From Rhizodiscina lignyota (taxonomy: Eukaryota), in the NCBI GenBank assembly GCA_010015805.1, contig ML978121.1:2480001-2544000 (forward strand): 64,000 bases of DNA, read 5' to 3'. The position numbers were made by a program, and so were the translations under genes. The notes under the pieces were generated by a model. That model made no database searches, was not told where the DNA came from, and worked only from the letters and a program-made list of their open reading frames with translations. Below are positions 36,501 to 52,935 of this stretch, piece by piece. The first letter of the stretch is position 1. Every line of letters begins with the position of its first letter.

Positions 36501-39500
36501 GTGCCGCCAGTGAGGCGTACTGGTCTCATGTCTTCTCCAGACGTCTTCCGCTCGAGTCTGTTCTATCTGCCACTGCCTCAGTCGGTCTTTGCGCTTCGCT
36601 ACACGGTTCTTCGCGCTCTCTTCCGTCTTTGCATTTTCCTCATTGACAAATGTCTCCCAAGCCTTGCTCATGCTTCCAAAGAAGAGGCCATGCAGATCCG
36701 AGCGGTGGTCATCGATCCAATGCAGAAAAGCGTCATTGTCGGTATGTGCAAGACCAAGGAAGCCGTCAACTAGATGCTTTTGCGAAACCGCCGCATGATA
36801 ATTGAGTAGTTGAGATGACTCGGCTGGCTTTTGAACAAGAAGCATGCGCCAGTAGTTCGCGGCGGCAATCCGGACTGCATTATCTGGAGAAACGAGCTTT
36901 GTATATAGCAGAAAGCAAATCAAGCGAAGCCAGTAGCCATCCGCAGTATCTGAGTTGAGGATGACAGTCTGCCAGTAGGTGAGTTTATCGAGAAACGAAA
37001 CTGTATCCGCCGTTTTCTCGGCAGTCTGCAATTCGGAGAGCCGGAGCAATGCAACTTTGAAGAAAACTGAGCGCATTGTAGCAACTGCACCACCACACAA
37101 GCGGACGTCCTTCAATTGAGCGATATCCGGTCTCTGGAGAAACTCGAGATAAGTACCGATGAAATCGAGCAGCGGCTCTGTTCCATTCATGAACCAGCCT
37201 TCGAAAACTGCCTCTGACATGTGCAGCGTATAGCGTGCTACGTTGGTCAGTACACGGGGCTCAGTCATGAGCTTTTGGTTCATTCTCAGGCTGTTTGAGA
37301 GGACGTTCATGGCATACAAGAGTACATATGACTCAAAATATGCCTGATGTTCCTGGAATCCAGGTGGTACTTTCAAGAAGAGTCCGAAACCAGGGAATTC
37401 TTTCCGTTGAAGTATCTGGTCTAAGAAGACGCCGACGATGACCTCCAAGAGACTATCAACAAGCGCATTGCCCACTTGAAGATTCACTGGCGCAGAGCCA
37501 GTGGGAGACATGACTGGCATTAACTTTGGTAGGGCTGGTTGCGGTGATGCTCCTTTCTCTCTATCTTTTGTCAAAAGCACAAAACTGCTCCCTCTCCTAA
37601 GTGGCGTTGCTCTCTCAGAGGTGGGGCTCGGCGGAGGCTCAACCACGCTCGTTCTCACGACTGGGGGCTGCTGGGTGCTCGCAGTGTTGTGCGGTCTGAT
37701 CTCGACATCTTTGCCTTCAAAATTCAGCGCATTCCCTCTGCTGTACAGCTCCATCTCCGCACTGACCGCGTCAGAGGTGACAACGATCGGATAGAGTACA
37801 AAAAGTAGCTCTTGGACGTAGTTTGAGGAGAGCGCATAAGTACGGAACGATGCGTACTTTGAATGAAGATCGACGAGGAAGTGGATAACGGCGTGAAGCA
37901 CCTCGGCGTCTGAGGTGATTCGCTGTTCAGGAGTGCGAGCACCTTCGCTGCGAGCATTATCCTGTTCAGTCCTCAAAGACATTGAGCGTGGTCTGGTTCT
38001 GGTAGTTGGTGGGTGAAGCGATTGCTGATCTTCCTGTTTAATCTGCTCAGGAAGTGGCTTGAGATGCTCCTGCTGCTTCGCCAGCTCTTCGGCACCCGTC
38101 TCCGCATCGCCGCTCTTGTCATTCACGATGGACCGCAGTCCCGCCTCTAGCATTGCTCCAAGTATAGGGAGGACATCAGGGTTGACAACCTTTAGCTCTG
38201 CACTTCCGAAGCTCTCTGCTAGGCTCAAAAAGTTGAAGTCTCGCTCAAAGTCAATCAGCGCGACATCATAGCCAAATAGCATGCCGAAGCAAAGAGTCCA
38301 CATTGCTGGCATGTTCCACCAATTACGGAGCCTCTGCTTCATAATTGTGAACCCACCGCTCTTCTCCGCGAAGTTCTGTCGATACGGGTGCCCATGCAAG
38401 ACGAGCAAGCGGGCTAGGATTTTTGCAGCCAGGAATACGACCTGCGGAGATGGCTCTGCAAGCAAGTAGAGCAACCATTTGTTCGTGACGGTTTTAGCGA
38501 AGCGCTTTATTTCTGTGGTATTCTCCTTTTCGCAGAGCAAATCGGCATACATTTCCAAGAGACGCACGCCAAGCTCAGCATGGGTCATCATCGGTTCGTC
38601 CTCAAGAGCTCTCAGTGGTGGAGTAGATGTCTCGGACCCATGCGACCCATGATTAGGAGGCCATGTGCGATTTCGTTTGATGGTAGTTGCGCGAGCGTCG
38701 TGCAAGGCATATGTAATGAAAAGTGCAAGAGCACGGAGAATATCAGCAGAAGTATTGCTCCGCAGCATTGTCTCTAGAGTGTGCAGGAAGTCCGGGACCG
38801 CTGCTGAAGGCATTGGCTCGCTCTTCAGAGGATCGAGCAATCGCTTGATGATGCGGATCCTGATCAGTCGTTTGGCGTTGAACTGACGGTATTTGTTTGC
38901 CTCAACGAACATCGAAAACTGTTGATAGTAGAGCTTTTGTGTCGCCACGGGCATTTTGACCCAGGTGTCAAAGTCAAGTAGGAGCACGCGGTACGCTAGT
39001 GGATTGATGATGACAGAATCATCTGGTCGATCAGCATTGAATCCGACGAAATGGAGGATACGCATGAGCAGTCCCATGGAAAATATTTCCAGCTCCTCCT
39101 TGCTTCTTGTAGGGTTGAATGGACGCCCATTTGACGGATGGGCTGTGTCTCCCGCGCTATTCAAAGAGCCCAAGCCAAGCTTTTCTCGCAGAATGGTCAT
39201 CAGAGCTGCAAATCCTGCTCCATTCTCTTTTTCCATGGCCTCACTGTTCCGCCAGCTACCCTCTACTGCTGCAAAAGTGATTTCGACAGCTCTTAGGACG
39301 GCGTCATCATTAGGAGCTAATTCAATGAGCTTCAGACAAAGCGGAGCACACCCGTCCAGTCGCCAGATCATATCATCAAGTGCTTGTGGTACAGCAACGA
39401 TAGGCTCTCCCGTAAGGATTCCAACACCATGGGACTGTGTCAGTGCATCGTTGATGGATGCGACAGCTCCATTGATGACGATGGCGTTACCGCTATGTAT

Positions 39501-41516
39501 GTACTTTGCAAGGTTGCGGCCTGCATGTTTTGACAAAGCTTTGATTAGCTGTGATTCATCAATATTGTTGCGGTCGTCGTCATCCAGGACATTTATGGGG
39601 GAGATGCTGAGCAGAATGCGGTCTTCTGGTAGCACTGAGCTGCCCTTGCCCTTGATAGCCGCGACAATCTCAGATTGCTCCTCTTTCCCAGGATGTAGCA
39701 GCTCATTATAAAGATTCAGTTCTGCAGAGGCTTGGTATGTCTGGAAGCTTCCAAGACAGTCCTGAAAGTTACCATTGTATCGTGGCCCGAGCTTCTGGAA
39801 AACAGTAACGAGCTCATCTGAGAGAGCCTCTGAGAGCAAGTGGAATGATGCAAGCGACCATCGTGTGGAGACCACGTTAGTCCCAAGCCTTGTCGCAAGG
39901 TCTTGAGGGGTCCCTAGAAATGCTTGCACTGGCGCAGACTTTTGATTACTGCTCTTAGAGGAAAGAGAAGCGAAGCTCTCTTGGCTCCCATGTATCACAG
40001 CAGGAGATGAAGGATATTGGCATTTGATCTGCTCCAGAAATTGTCCATTGACAAACAAGGCGGCTTTGCTGGTAGTGGTCGTCTTCGGACGTCGATGAAC
40101 CAAGGCAATATGATACCAAAGTCCTTCCTCAAAAATTATGGTCTTGAAACGCACGCTGGGTTTTGACGAACTCATGGATGTCTGTAGAATGAAGTGTCGC
40201 GTATCTTTCTCAAGGTAGGCGAGTAGGAAGCACTTCTGACTGACATCGAATGCCCCGAATAGAGTGGTATGGCAGTCTGGATCAAACTTGTCGACTTTAA
40301 GCCAAGCTGTAAAGGTATATCCTGCGCTCGACTGTGGTGGAAAGGATCGGGGTCCGAGTGTGGGTATCTCAATAGACGAGTAGCCATGCAGAGAGAGGTC
40401 AAATTGGACGAAGGGTGGAAGACGTGAGGCACCCATGCTGATCAGAAGTAGCTCGGATGCTGAACTAGATGTAGCGGCGTGTTGAAGAAGTAACTGAGCA
40501 GAGTCAAGACAATTGAATCCAAAGGGCAAAAGTGAACGAATCAGCGATCGCAATGCCAAAATCTTCGGGGACAGTACGCCTCCTTCTAGTGCGAAAGGGA
40601 GCAGAAGGTTCAGAATGTGCGTAGAGTACATCTCTACTGCGTTGAATGTTGACAGTTCCGCAATTTCGATGAGTACTAAGAGAATCGCAGTTGACAGAGA
40701 TTCCGGTAGCTGCCCAGAGGCCCAGAAGTTCAGGATAATGGGAACAATCTCAGCATTTTTGAGCAGTTCACTCCCCGAAACGTGTTTTCTGAGCACAACC
40801 TGGGCCTTGTCGAGGCTGCTTGTCATCTTGGATTTAACATCGATGTTGTTCTGATTCTCTTCAGACGCGGATTGGAGGGAGTCGGCCTTTTCTTCGCCGT
40901 CCTGCTCTTCCAAAGCTTCTTTTGCGGCTCTCAGAGCAGGAGTCAAAGACTCCTCACCCAGTGCAAAGGCAAATAAACATCCAAAAAATTGCTCTTGACC
41001 AACTATGTCGTCTTCTCCTCCTTCATCCTGCACTTCAAGCACGCCAGTCTCTCTGAGCGCCTCTTGCAATGCAGACCACCCGCCGTGCTCCACACGCTTA
41101 GCGAAGTATCTTCTGTTCCCAGCATGTCTATTGAAGGCTTCTGATAGGACATTCAAGAGTGCCTTGAGCAATTCGAAGAATTCTATCCGTTCCTCTCTCT
41201 CGACATGGCCCGGCCTGTACCAGTGACGCAAGCTCCGCAATGTGTCTAAGGCGGCTTTGAAGCCATCTGCATGTCTGAATGCATCCCGAACTTGTATATG
41301 TTGCTCATGATCGATCAATATCTGCCTAATTGCCCGGAAGTCGTCGGCAAGTAATTGAAGGGTCGCGGTGGAAGGGGGGTGGTTGGCGTCGGGCAGCGCC
41401 TCCTGGAGCTTCTGGACAAACTCGCGAAGATCCGAGGTTATTGGGAGATTCGAAGTCGAGCTTGCAGAAGCCGCAGTGGAGGATCTATGTCGTGGGAGGG
41501 GGAGTGGGCCATCCAT
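33558..41516 (-). CDS. BPH1: Beige/BEACH domain protein (Bph1/WDFY3-like: ConA-like, PH-BEACH, WD40)
   Basis: 2633-codon ORF. [53 protein letters not shown], WD repeats. Final intron 33638-33588 leads to CEWDCVRHG-stop. Confidence 0.93.
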
Positions 41517-42266
41517 GATACTTCTTCAAAAGTCGAAAGCGCAGGACGATACCACCCGGCTTCTGACTCGAAATAGATCATGTCTCGTGCTACATGGACG
41601 GGCCAGGAAGCGATGGAGATGTTTGATCTTTTGTGTTAATCAGGCAGCCGCATAAAGCAATGGACAAGTCGCCCACTGTAGGCTTGGTGGAGCTACTGAT
41701 ACAATAAGCCTGCCTGGGGCTGATGTCCGCTGCGGCGCGAGGATGTGGGGCAAGCGATTGGTGGAGGCTTTGTTTCATCAAGGTATTTGCTACGCTGTCC
41801 TCCACGCTCCAGAAGACTGCACTCAGCAGTGCTCACAGGCGTGGAAGATGGTGAGCATTACGCGCAGGGCATTTTACGCGTCGTGATCAATCCACATGTG
41901 CCGTCTGTTGCCCACGCGACACGCCCAAAAGAGCATGACAGCACAGCCTCTGAGGTTGGAGCGGCCGAGGGATCCGCTAGGCGGCTCTGGGCTTAGCGGG
42001 GCCCAGTCACGTCACGAGCTGCTCGGCCTTGCTCGGTGCTCACCCGACCAACGGACCTCAGCCAACCTCTTGATAACAGCTCGCTCCCACTGCTTCATCT
42101 CCCTCACAGCTTCCCTTCTCTCTTCCCACCACTCATCACCCGATACGAGGTAGTCACAGGCTCCTTTCTTTTGTTACGGTCTTGCATCTTTCTCCTGTAC
42201 ACTACTTTTCCATCTCTTTGTTGATTAGCCAGCGCCGCGCAAGCCGCTGTGCCACCTAGCGCTATC

Positions 42267-44071
42267 ATGAAGGCAGCTACAGCTTTGCTATCATTCCTCC
42301 CTCTGCTCGCTGCAGCATCTCCAGTCTTCGTTGACACGATCCACAACGATGCCGCACCTGTAATCCAGTCGATGAATGGCGAGACCATTCCCGACAAGTA
42401 CATCGTCGTCTTCAAGAAGCACGTCAAGCACGAGGACGCTTTGGAGCATCATGACTGGGTGAACAGCCTGCACATCCAGAGTGAGGGCGCGAAGATGGAG
42501 CTCCGAAAACGAGATCTCCAGGTTCCATTCAAGAATGATGCCTTCGATGGTCTGAAGCACACCTTCAACATTGCTGGCAACCTGCTCGGCTACAGTGGGC
42601 ACTTCGATGAAGATGTTATCGAGCAGGTGCGGAGGCATCCGGATGTAAGTGACAGCCACTCCCATCTTCCACTCTTCAAGTTACATTAGTGATCTATCCT
42701 GTTTAGCGGGGATGATTCACACATTCCATGGCCAACTTCGCGATCTACTCAGCTCAGCGATAACGCTGCCAAGACTCGTGTGACTCGCTGACACACCACC
42801 CAACAGGTTGAGTACATCGAGAAAGACTCAATAGTCCATACTACCAAGGAGGGCTATGAGACCGAGAAGAACGCCCCGTGGGGTCTTGCTCGTATCTCCC
42901 ACCGTGACGCCCTCTCCTTCGGCACCTTCAACAAGTACCTCTACTCCGCAGACGGTGGCGAAGGCGTTGATGTATATGTTATCGATACTGGCACAAACAT
43001 TGAGCATGTCGACTTTGAGGGTCGTGCAAGCTGGGGCAAGACTATCCCGCAAGGTGATGTCGATGAGGATGGCAACGGCCACGGCACCCACTGCTCTGGC
43101 ACAGTCGCTGGCAAGAAGTACGGTGTCGCCAAGAAGGCCAACATCAAGGCCGTCAAGGTCCTCCGCTCCAACGGCTCCGGCACCATGTCAGATGTTGTCA
43201 AGGGTGTCGAGTTTGCTGCTGAGCAGCACTCTGAGACCGTCAAGGCAGCCAAGTCCGGCAAGAAGAAGGGCTTCAAGGGCTCTGCCGCCAACATGTCTCT
43301 CGGTGGTGGCAAGTCCCCCACTCTCGACATGGCCGTGAACGCTGCCGTTGACGCCGGTATCCACTTCGCTGTTGCTGCTGGTAATGACAACGCTGATTCT
43401 TGCAACTACTCTCCCGCTGCTGCCGAGAAGGCCGTCACCGTTGGAGCATCTACCTTCTCTGATGACCGCGCGTACTTCTCCAACTACGGAAAGTGCAACG
43501 ACATCTTCGCTCCCGGCTTGAACATTCTCTCCACCTGGATCGGCAGCAAGTACGCCGTCAACACCATCTCCGGTACCTCCATGGCCAGCCCACATATTGC
43601 AGGTCTTTTGGCCTATATGCTGTCTCTTCAGCCCGCCAAGGACTCTGCTTACGCTGTCGCTGACATCACCCCGAAGAAGCTCAAGCAGCACATCATTTCC
43701 ATTGGTACTAATGATGCTCTGGCTGGCATCCCCAGCGACACCACCAACGTACGTTCAAACATATGTTCTCTGTTACTTCTAATGCTAATATATTAACACA
43801 GGTCCTCGCTTGGAACGGCGGTGGAAATGGCAACTTCTCCGACATCATCGGCAAGGGTGGCTACAACGCCAAGCACAACGAAGAGGAATCTGAGTTCCGC
43901 ATTCTCCCGAAGCCAGAGAGCATTGAGAAGATGCTCGAGAACGCCGGCGAGACGGTCCGCCTTGACAGCGAGAAGATGGCTGAGAAAGTCAACAGGATCA
44001 CCGATGAGATCGAGGACTTTGTCAAGGATGAGATCAAGGAGCTCTTGCAGGAGTTCGAGGACATGCACTAA
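42267..44071 (+). CDS. PRB1: Vacuolar subtilisin-like serine protease (proteinase B/cerevisin, S8 with I9 propeptide)
   Basis: Signal peptide; I9 prodomain YIVVFK...GYSGHF; catalytic IDTG, GHGTH, SGTSMASPH. Introns 42644-42806 and 43749-43801. Confidence 0.95.
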
Positions 44072-44699
44072 ATGTCCATTTAAACTAGGATAAGATAGCA
44101 ACCCGACCGGGCTAAGTCTCGTCTGTGATCAACAGATTAGAGAATTCTGGGGAAGAGCTTCAGGAGTAATCCTTTACGCAGGTAGATACCCGTTGCGAGG
44201 GATGGTGTCAATGTGGATGGTAGTTTTCCATACAGTTTTCATCAATTGTTTTGGCTGCGTGTAGTAACTATCATTTGACTGTCGTTTGGTTGGGGCCGGA
44301 GAAGTCGTAGCATTAGTTGCATAGGCGCCAATGGAAATGAGATGTCTTAGATTAGAACCAGCTCGACATCCATGCAATATCACAGAGTGCACTGACACGA
44401 AGCGTGATTCGTTACTTCGCCATGTAAATTCAGTGCAAGGCGAGCAGACAAGGAGATGTTTACTTCACAATTTTCCCAGCCTTCGTGACTCCCCGGTTCC
44501 CATTGATGGAGAGCAGGTTTAATTATGCGTAGAGTCCACTCATAGCTTTCGCACAGCGTAGGAGAAATTCTTACTCTTTAAGCTTCAAGTCTGAAGAAGC
44601 AAAGTACGACTGCCGTTTGAGCTTATGTTCGATCATATTTAGAATCTATCTAAGCTACTCGTGCCAACCTACGGAAGATCGCATACTCACGCGGAAACG

Positions 44700-45900
44700 G
44701 GGAATCAACTCGTTCAACAAAAGTCGTTGACGACGGTGTGCTAGTTATAACGATTGAACTCAACGAATTGCAGTATGTAGATGTTCTCCTCAACAGCGAC
44801 TTGAACACCTCCCTTGTTTGCCCAGAAGTGCAGGCGCTTGATGTCGGTCACTGTGTCAATGTGCATCTCGTTCTGTTTGACTCAATCGGGAGCCGAGCAT
44901 GCGCTCGATTGCTTGCGGCATCTGGTCGAGCTTCTGCCGCCTATTTGTGAAAGTTGGCACACTCCATCAGAATTCTGTATTCGCTACATAGTGTATGGAC
45001 CTGTGGGCCCGCATGTGGTCCAGTCTTTGCGTTGGACAAGTTCCTGACGGGCCCAACTTGAGCAGAGATTGCTTCGCGCATTGAATCCACTTCTTGATCT
45101 GCACCAGCATGCAGTAATCGATATATTTGACCAGACGTGTATATTCATTACGAGGCGCGGGTCGTGAAGCTTGTAATTCGTAAATGTTTCGGCTGTGTGA
45201 TGAGTATACCTCAGCCGGCCGTATGTGGCCTCAGGGGTCGTATAGTTGTAATCCTGCGGCTCGTTCATTCGAAATCGGTATGGTGCACCTTCAATGGGGA
45301 AGTATTTGTTCCTGACGAAGGAGGGATTCTGTGGGAACTGGAAAGTCGTGGTTATATACACGAACCCGGGCGCTAAGATCTAGACAACACGCTCTGACAA
45401 TCTTGGTGTTCCGGGCCCTGCGTAACAACTACTCGCCGTGCTGATGATTGAACGCATGTTTGCACATGGGCAGCATCCACTTAAAGCTCTTCTGCTGACT
45501 TGTGGAAGTTTCTGTTTGGATCCCTCAGGATCAGCAAGATTGTTACGTCGCCGTCATCGAAGGTTGCATGATATTTCACACGCAGCATGCTTCACCATTC
45601 CTCGGGCCTGTCGTTATTTGGGATTCAACGACCGGCAAACCCATCCCATCCCATCTGGTCCTCCATTAACAATTTTCGTTGTTATCCGTAGCGTAGAGTG
45701 CCGGACTCCAGATGCGAGCAAGTCCGGCCTGTTGCCAAATACCCTATGTAGGAACTGGCCTGCCCAGAGAGACAAAGTCTACTGCCATTCTTTCGATAAT
45801 CACAAATACTCTTGCGCTCTTCAATCACAGCTAGCACTGCATTTATCATCCTGTAGATACATGTAGAGGTTGATAGACGGAGAGACTAGCAGGAAAGAAA
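44700..45900 (-). pseudogene. Possible decayed coding relic of unknown identity
   Basis: Protein-like segments broken by stops (125-aa ORF 44984-45361; further fragments such as EYRILMECA and LHFWANKGGVQVAVEENIYIL). No clean gene model. Confidence 0.2.
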
Positions 45901-46370
45901 TGCCCGAATAGCGAATTCGAAATAGATCTTTTAGATGTTGGGTCTTATCAAGGCAAGCAAGATATGATGAAACCATATTTGGAGTAGGCATGAGTACGAC
46001 ATATTGAATTATCAGACGAAGCTGAAGAACATCTGGATGCAATCAAACAGAGCCATCAAGACAAACCGAAGTAAATCACGAGACCATGGGTGGCATTATT
46101 ATCCAACAGGGCCAGATAAAATAGGATGAGGCAATCCCTTTGCGCCAGCGCAGTTATGAAATTTTCTCTGAGGTCTGTTTCTTCATCCAGAATGGCTAGG
46201 AAGTTAGAAATACGGATGGGAAGTTGCTTAAATAATATCTCCGTGCATCATACTTTTACGAGTTCTGTGAAGATGGGCTAGGAACTGTGAACACAATGGT
46301 GAAGAGGTTTGGTGGTGGAATTTAGCTCCACGGCAAGGTCCGTGCACCGCTAAATCGCGCTGACCGCGCC

Positions 46371-46452
46371 CGCGTCAAACGCGTCGCCAAACCTACAACT
46401 CACTTTGCGCACTGAAGACAATAGCATCTTTTTCTTTGACGCGCTCACGCGC
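46371..46452 (+). promoter_or_regulatory. Cluster of MCB-like (ACGCG/CGCG) elements upstream of SMC3
   Basis: Perfect ACGCGT at 46379-46384, CGCGTC at 46371-46376, GACGCG and CACGCG at about 46438-46451. Confidence 0.55.
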
Positions 46453-46470
46453 AGTGAGCTTACGATCAAG

Positions 46471-50314
<3,844 letters not shown>

Positions 50315-50451
50315 GGGATACGATGAAGTGCTTCGACTGCAATGGGAGTTGCTGGCGTTATTGCTTACATGAGCCGTACTGATGAGTTCAAAGATGACGG
50401 GTGGACATTATGGGTTTTGATGAATGGTCACGCGCATGAGGAATACCCAGC

Positions 50452-51234
50452 GTGATGGATAGGAGATATCGGAACATTGCTGAACCTTTACTTGCAACTT
50501 TTGCACGTCTGATATTAAACGAAGCCGAATGCGGAAATTCATTCCCGAAGAAGTCTATGATTGTTCAGAGTGCTACAATCGAGAATCTGACCCACGGAAG
50601 CTTCCGTGGGAACAAGGGGTCTACTTTCCGGGGAAATGTATTCTTCAGATGCAAGAGGTACGCACAGCCTTTGGCTCCTGTTGGTGGGAATTCTTGGGAG
50701 ACCCAAACGTTGAGAACCGCTCTCTAATCCGACACTGACGCTGACAATGGGGCGGAATCCCACAATACACGATGAGTTACAAGGGGACGGGAGCATGATG
50801 TGGGCCAATGAATTAAGCGCGCATAAAGCTACTGGAACCACTATTAGGTACACCTTGAATCCAAATATTACATTGGTGGGAACTCAGCTGTCGGTAGTTC
50901 TTTTGGCGTTAACCAAGGAATACATTGGTTCTTTAAACATTGCGTCAAGGTCAGCAAGCAACAGGAGCCCATGGTTTTTTGTCGTTAAAGACAACGGCTC
51001 CAGCTCAGCACATTTCGTTTGGGACAATGTTTCTACTTCTTTGCTTGCATTAAACCTGTATATACTAGCGTTTCCTCTATGAGAGCAACTTTTAAAAATG
51101 GTACGGAGGTGATTTCACAATTAGATCTTCAACCTCCAGCCAAGCATTCATACCTAGACAAAGACAACAGCAACCATTATGGGTTCTACAACGGTCCGAT
51201 CCGCACCTGCGTCCTACTCTGGACCAAAAAATAA
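50452..51234 (+). pseudogene. Possible frameshifted relic of a membrane/secretory glycoprotein gene (DUF3176-like?)
   Basis: Staggered short ORFs with N-glycosylation sequons (NIT, NGS, NGT). Fragments SDARGTHSLWLLL and CFYFFACIK...KNGT loosely recall DUF3176 motifs. Confidence 0.2.
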
Positions 51235-51979
51235 GCTTACTGAACATCTTCCATTTAACCTTCGTCTATACTAACCCAGCGCCAAGGTACCTAAATTACC
51301 TCTGCATCGGAACTCACTAAACTCCGCACTAATCCCCTCACGGTCCCGCAGATCACTCCGCATTCTGATATGCATAACATATTAGCCTATGCTTCAGAGG
51401 TTCGACAAACTCACTTTGGACTAGTTCCCAGAGTGTTTAGGATTATGCGGGCGATATTGTTCCAAGCAGACGTCCATAGAGAATTTCCAGATTGACACCG
51501 TTCCCGTACTTCGCCTAGAAATGTATAATACTAATCATATTCGTCCTTGGGTGGCAAGCTCCTGAAGTTACGTCAACACAGCCGTATATCCAGCATATAT
51601 CCAGTAGACACTCGGAGGTCGCTCGAGAGCGTATAGGCCCCGGTGTTTCACGTGAGATGTTGCCCTGCCGAGTGACAAGATGACACGAGCGCCACTAAGA
51701 GGACTTCTCTTATATCCTCATTGTTCCTTTTAGTTTCTGCTGCATATGATCATTTGCGGAAGGCCGCCATTGTCCGCTAGTCGTTCTTTTGCGGGGTTCG
51801 CTATGATTCGCGGAAGAACTTGTGAAAGCATCATATCGAATACCCACGCGACTTCGCTGACGCTCTGGGCCGAGTTGTTCAACTCTTTGATTGAGGGGAT
51901 GTTGCATCTTTTAGGATGATTGGCGATGTCTTCAAAGTGAGAAGCGAATGAAGGTCGGATTCCACTCCAACAGCTCGTT

Positions 51980-51987
51980 CATAAATA
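51980..51987 (+). promoter_or_regulatory. TATA-like box of the small secreted peptide gene
   Basis: CATAAATA about 100 bp upstream of ATG 52084, followed by a C/A-rich leader and ACAATG start context. Confidence 0.5.
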
Positions 51988-52083
51988 GGCCTCCATCCTC
52001 ACTCTTCATCCGAGCAGCCCTCTCAACTCCATCCAAACTCGATTCAAAATCATTCGGTTCAACCCAGTCCAAACTCTTGCACA

Positions 52084-52281
52084 ATGAAGTCCTTCAATAT
52101 CATTGTCATGCTCGGCCTTGCCATCGCTGCCGCCGCGGCCCCTGCTGCTGAAGCAAATGCGGCTCCCGATCTCGGTGCTCCTACACACGTCTTTGCCAGA
52201 CGCCAGTGCGGCTGTTCGGGAGGGCTGTTCTGCTGCGCTAGCGGAGACCAGACGCTCTGCTTCCCAAGCGACGATTGCTAG
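52084..52281 (+). CDS. Small secreted cysteine-rich prepropeptide (65 aa; predicted mature 25 aa with 6 Cys)
   Basis: Signal peptide MKSFNIIVMLGLAIAAAAA, Ala/Pro-rich propeptide, dibasic RR, then QCGCSGGLFCCASGDQTLCFPSDDC. Good start context and TATA-like box. Confidence 0.8.
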   Translation: MKSFNIIVMLGLAIAAAAAPAAEANAAPDLGAPTHVFARRQCGCSGGLFCCASGDQTLCFPSDDC

Positions 52282-52935
52282 AGATATTTGCCAGGTCTGA
52301 CAACCTCAAAGGAGAGGTAAGCGATCTATCAAAGCTAGACATTTAACCCAGCTGGCTAACCAAATGAGCGTCAGAGAAAAGGTTGACAGTATGGCCTGGA
52401 AACCGAAGGAGAGTTGGCATTTGTAGAGGGATGTCTTTCATACTGGCACAGGGACGGGAGGAATGATGAGCAACCTGGATTAAATAATGTTGCTTTAATT
52501 TTTCTCCTTTACAATTAGTGCCAATGACAAGCACATTCAGAAGCCATTTTGATAAAGGACTTTGTGGGATGCCTTTGATTATGATTCCGGAATGGTGAAG
52601 TTCGGTCCAAGGTCCAAGATTCGACTTCCAGAGGACTGATGATTATATGGCGGGTGCCTAGTTGATCAGGTGTCATGGCGTACATTTTGACTCCGATGGC
52701 CTCATTTCTTAGTTGGAAGGTAGGTATCCGCACCTCGACGCGCCAAGGAGGGGCGACGAAGTGAAGTGTCCTTTGTTGCGCTGCCGCCGGCCGCGGTTGA
52801 TGTCACGAACGCCTGCGCCACTATTCCAAAGCAATCGGCCGACATCTTCAGCTTCCATTTCTTTCTCCCCACCCAACTTCAACTTCATCCGCGTCCACGC
52901 TCAAACAAGCACATCGCCATCGACGCTCTCACACA

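Noticed and set aside
38956..39711. 251-aa plus-strand ORF
   Set aside because: Antisense shadow of the BEACH gene, with no motifs of its own.
42644..42806. Possible C/D snoRNA in the 163-nt PRB1 intron (GGGATGA ... CTGA)
   Set aside because: The C box is imperfect, the CTGA coincides with the branch site, and no rRNA-complementary guide was recognised.
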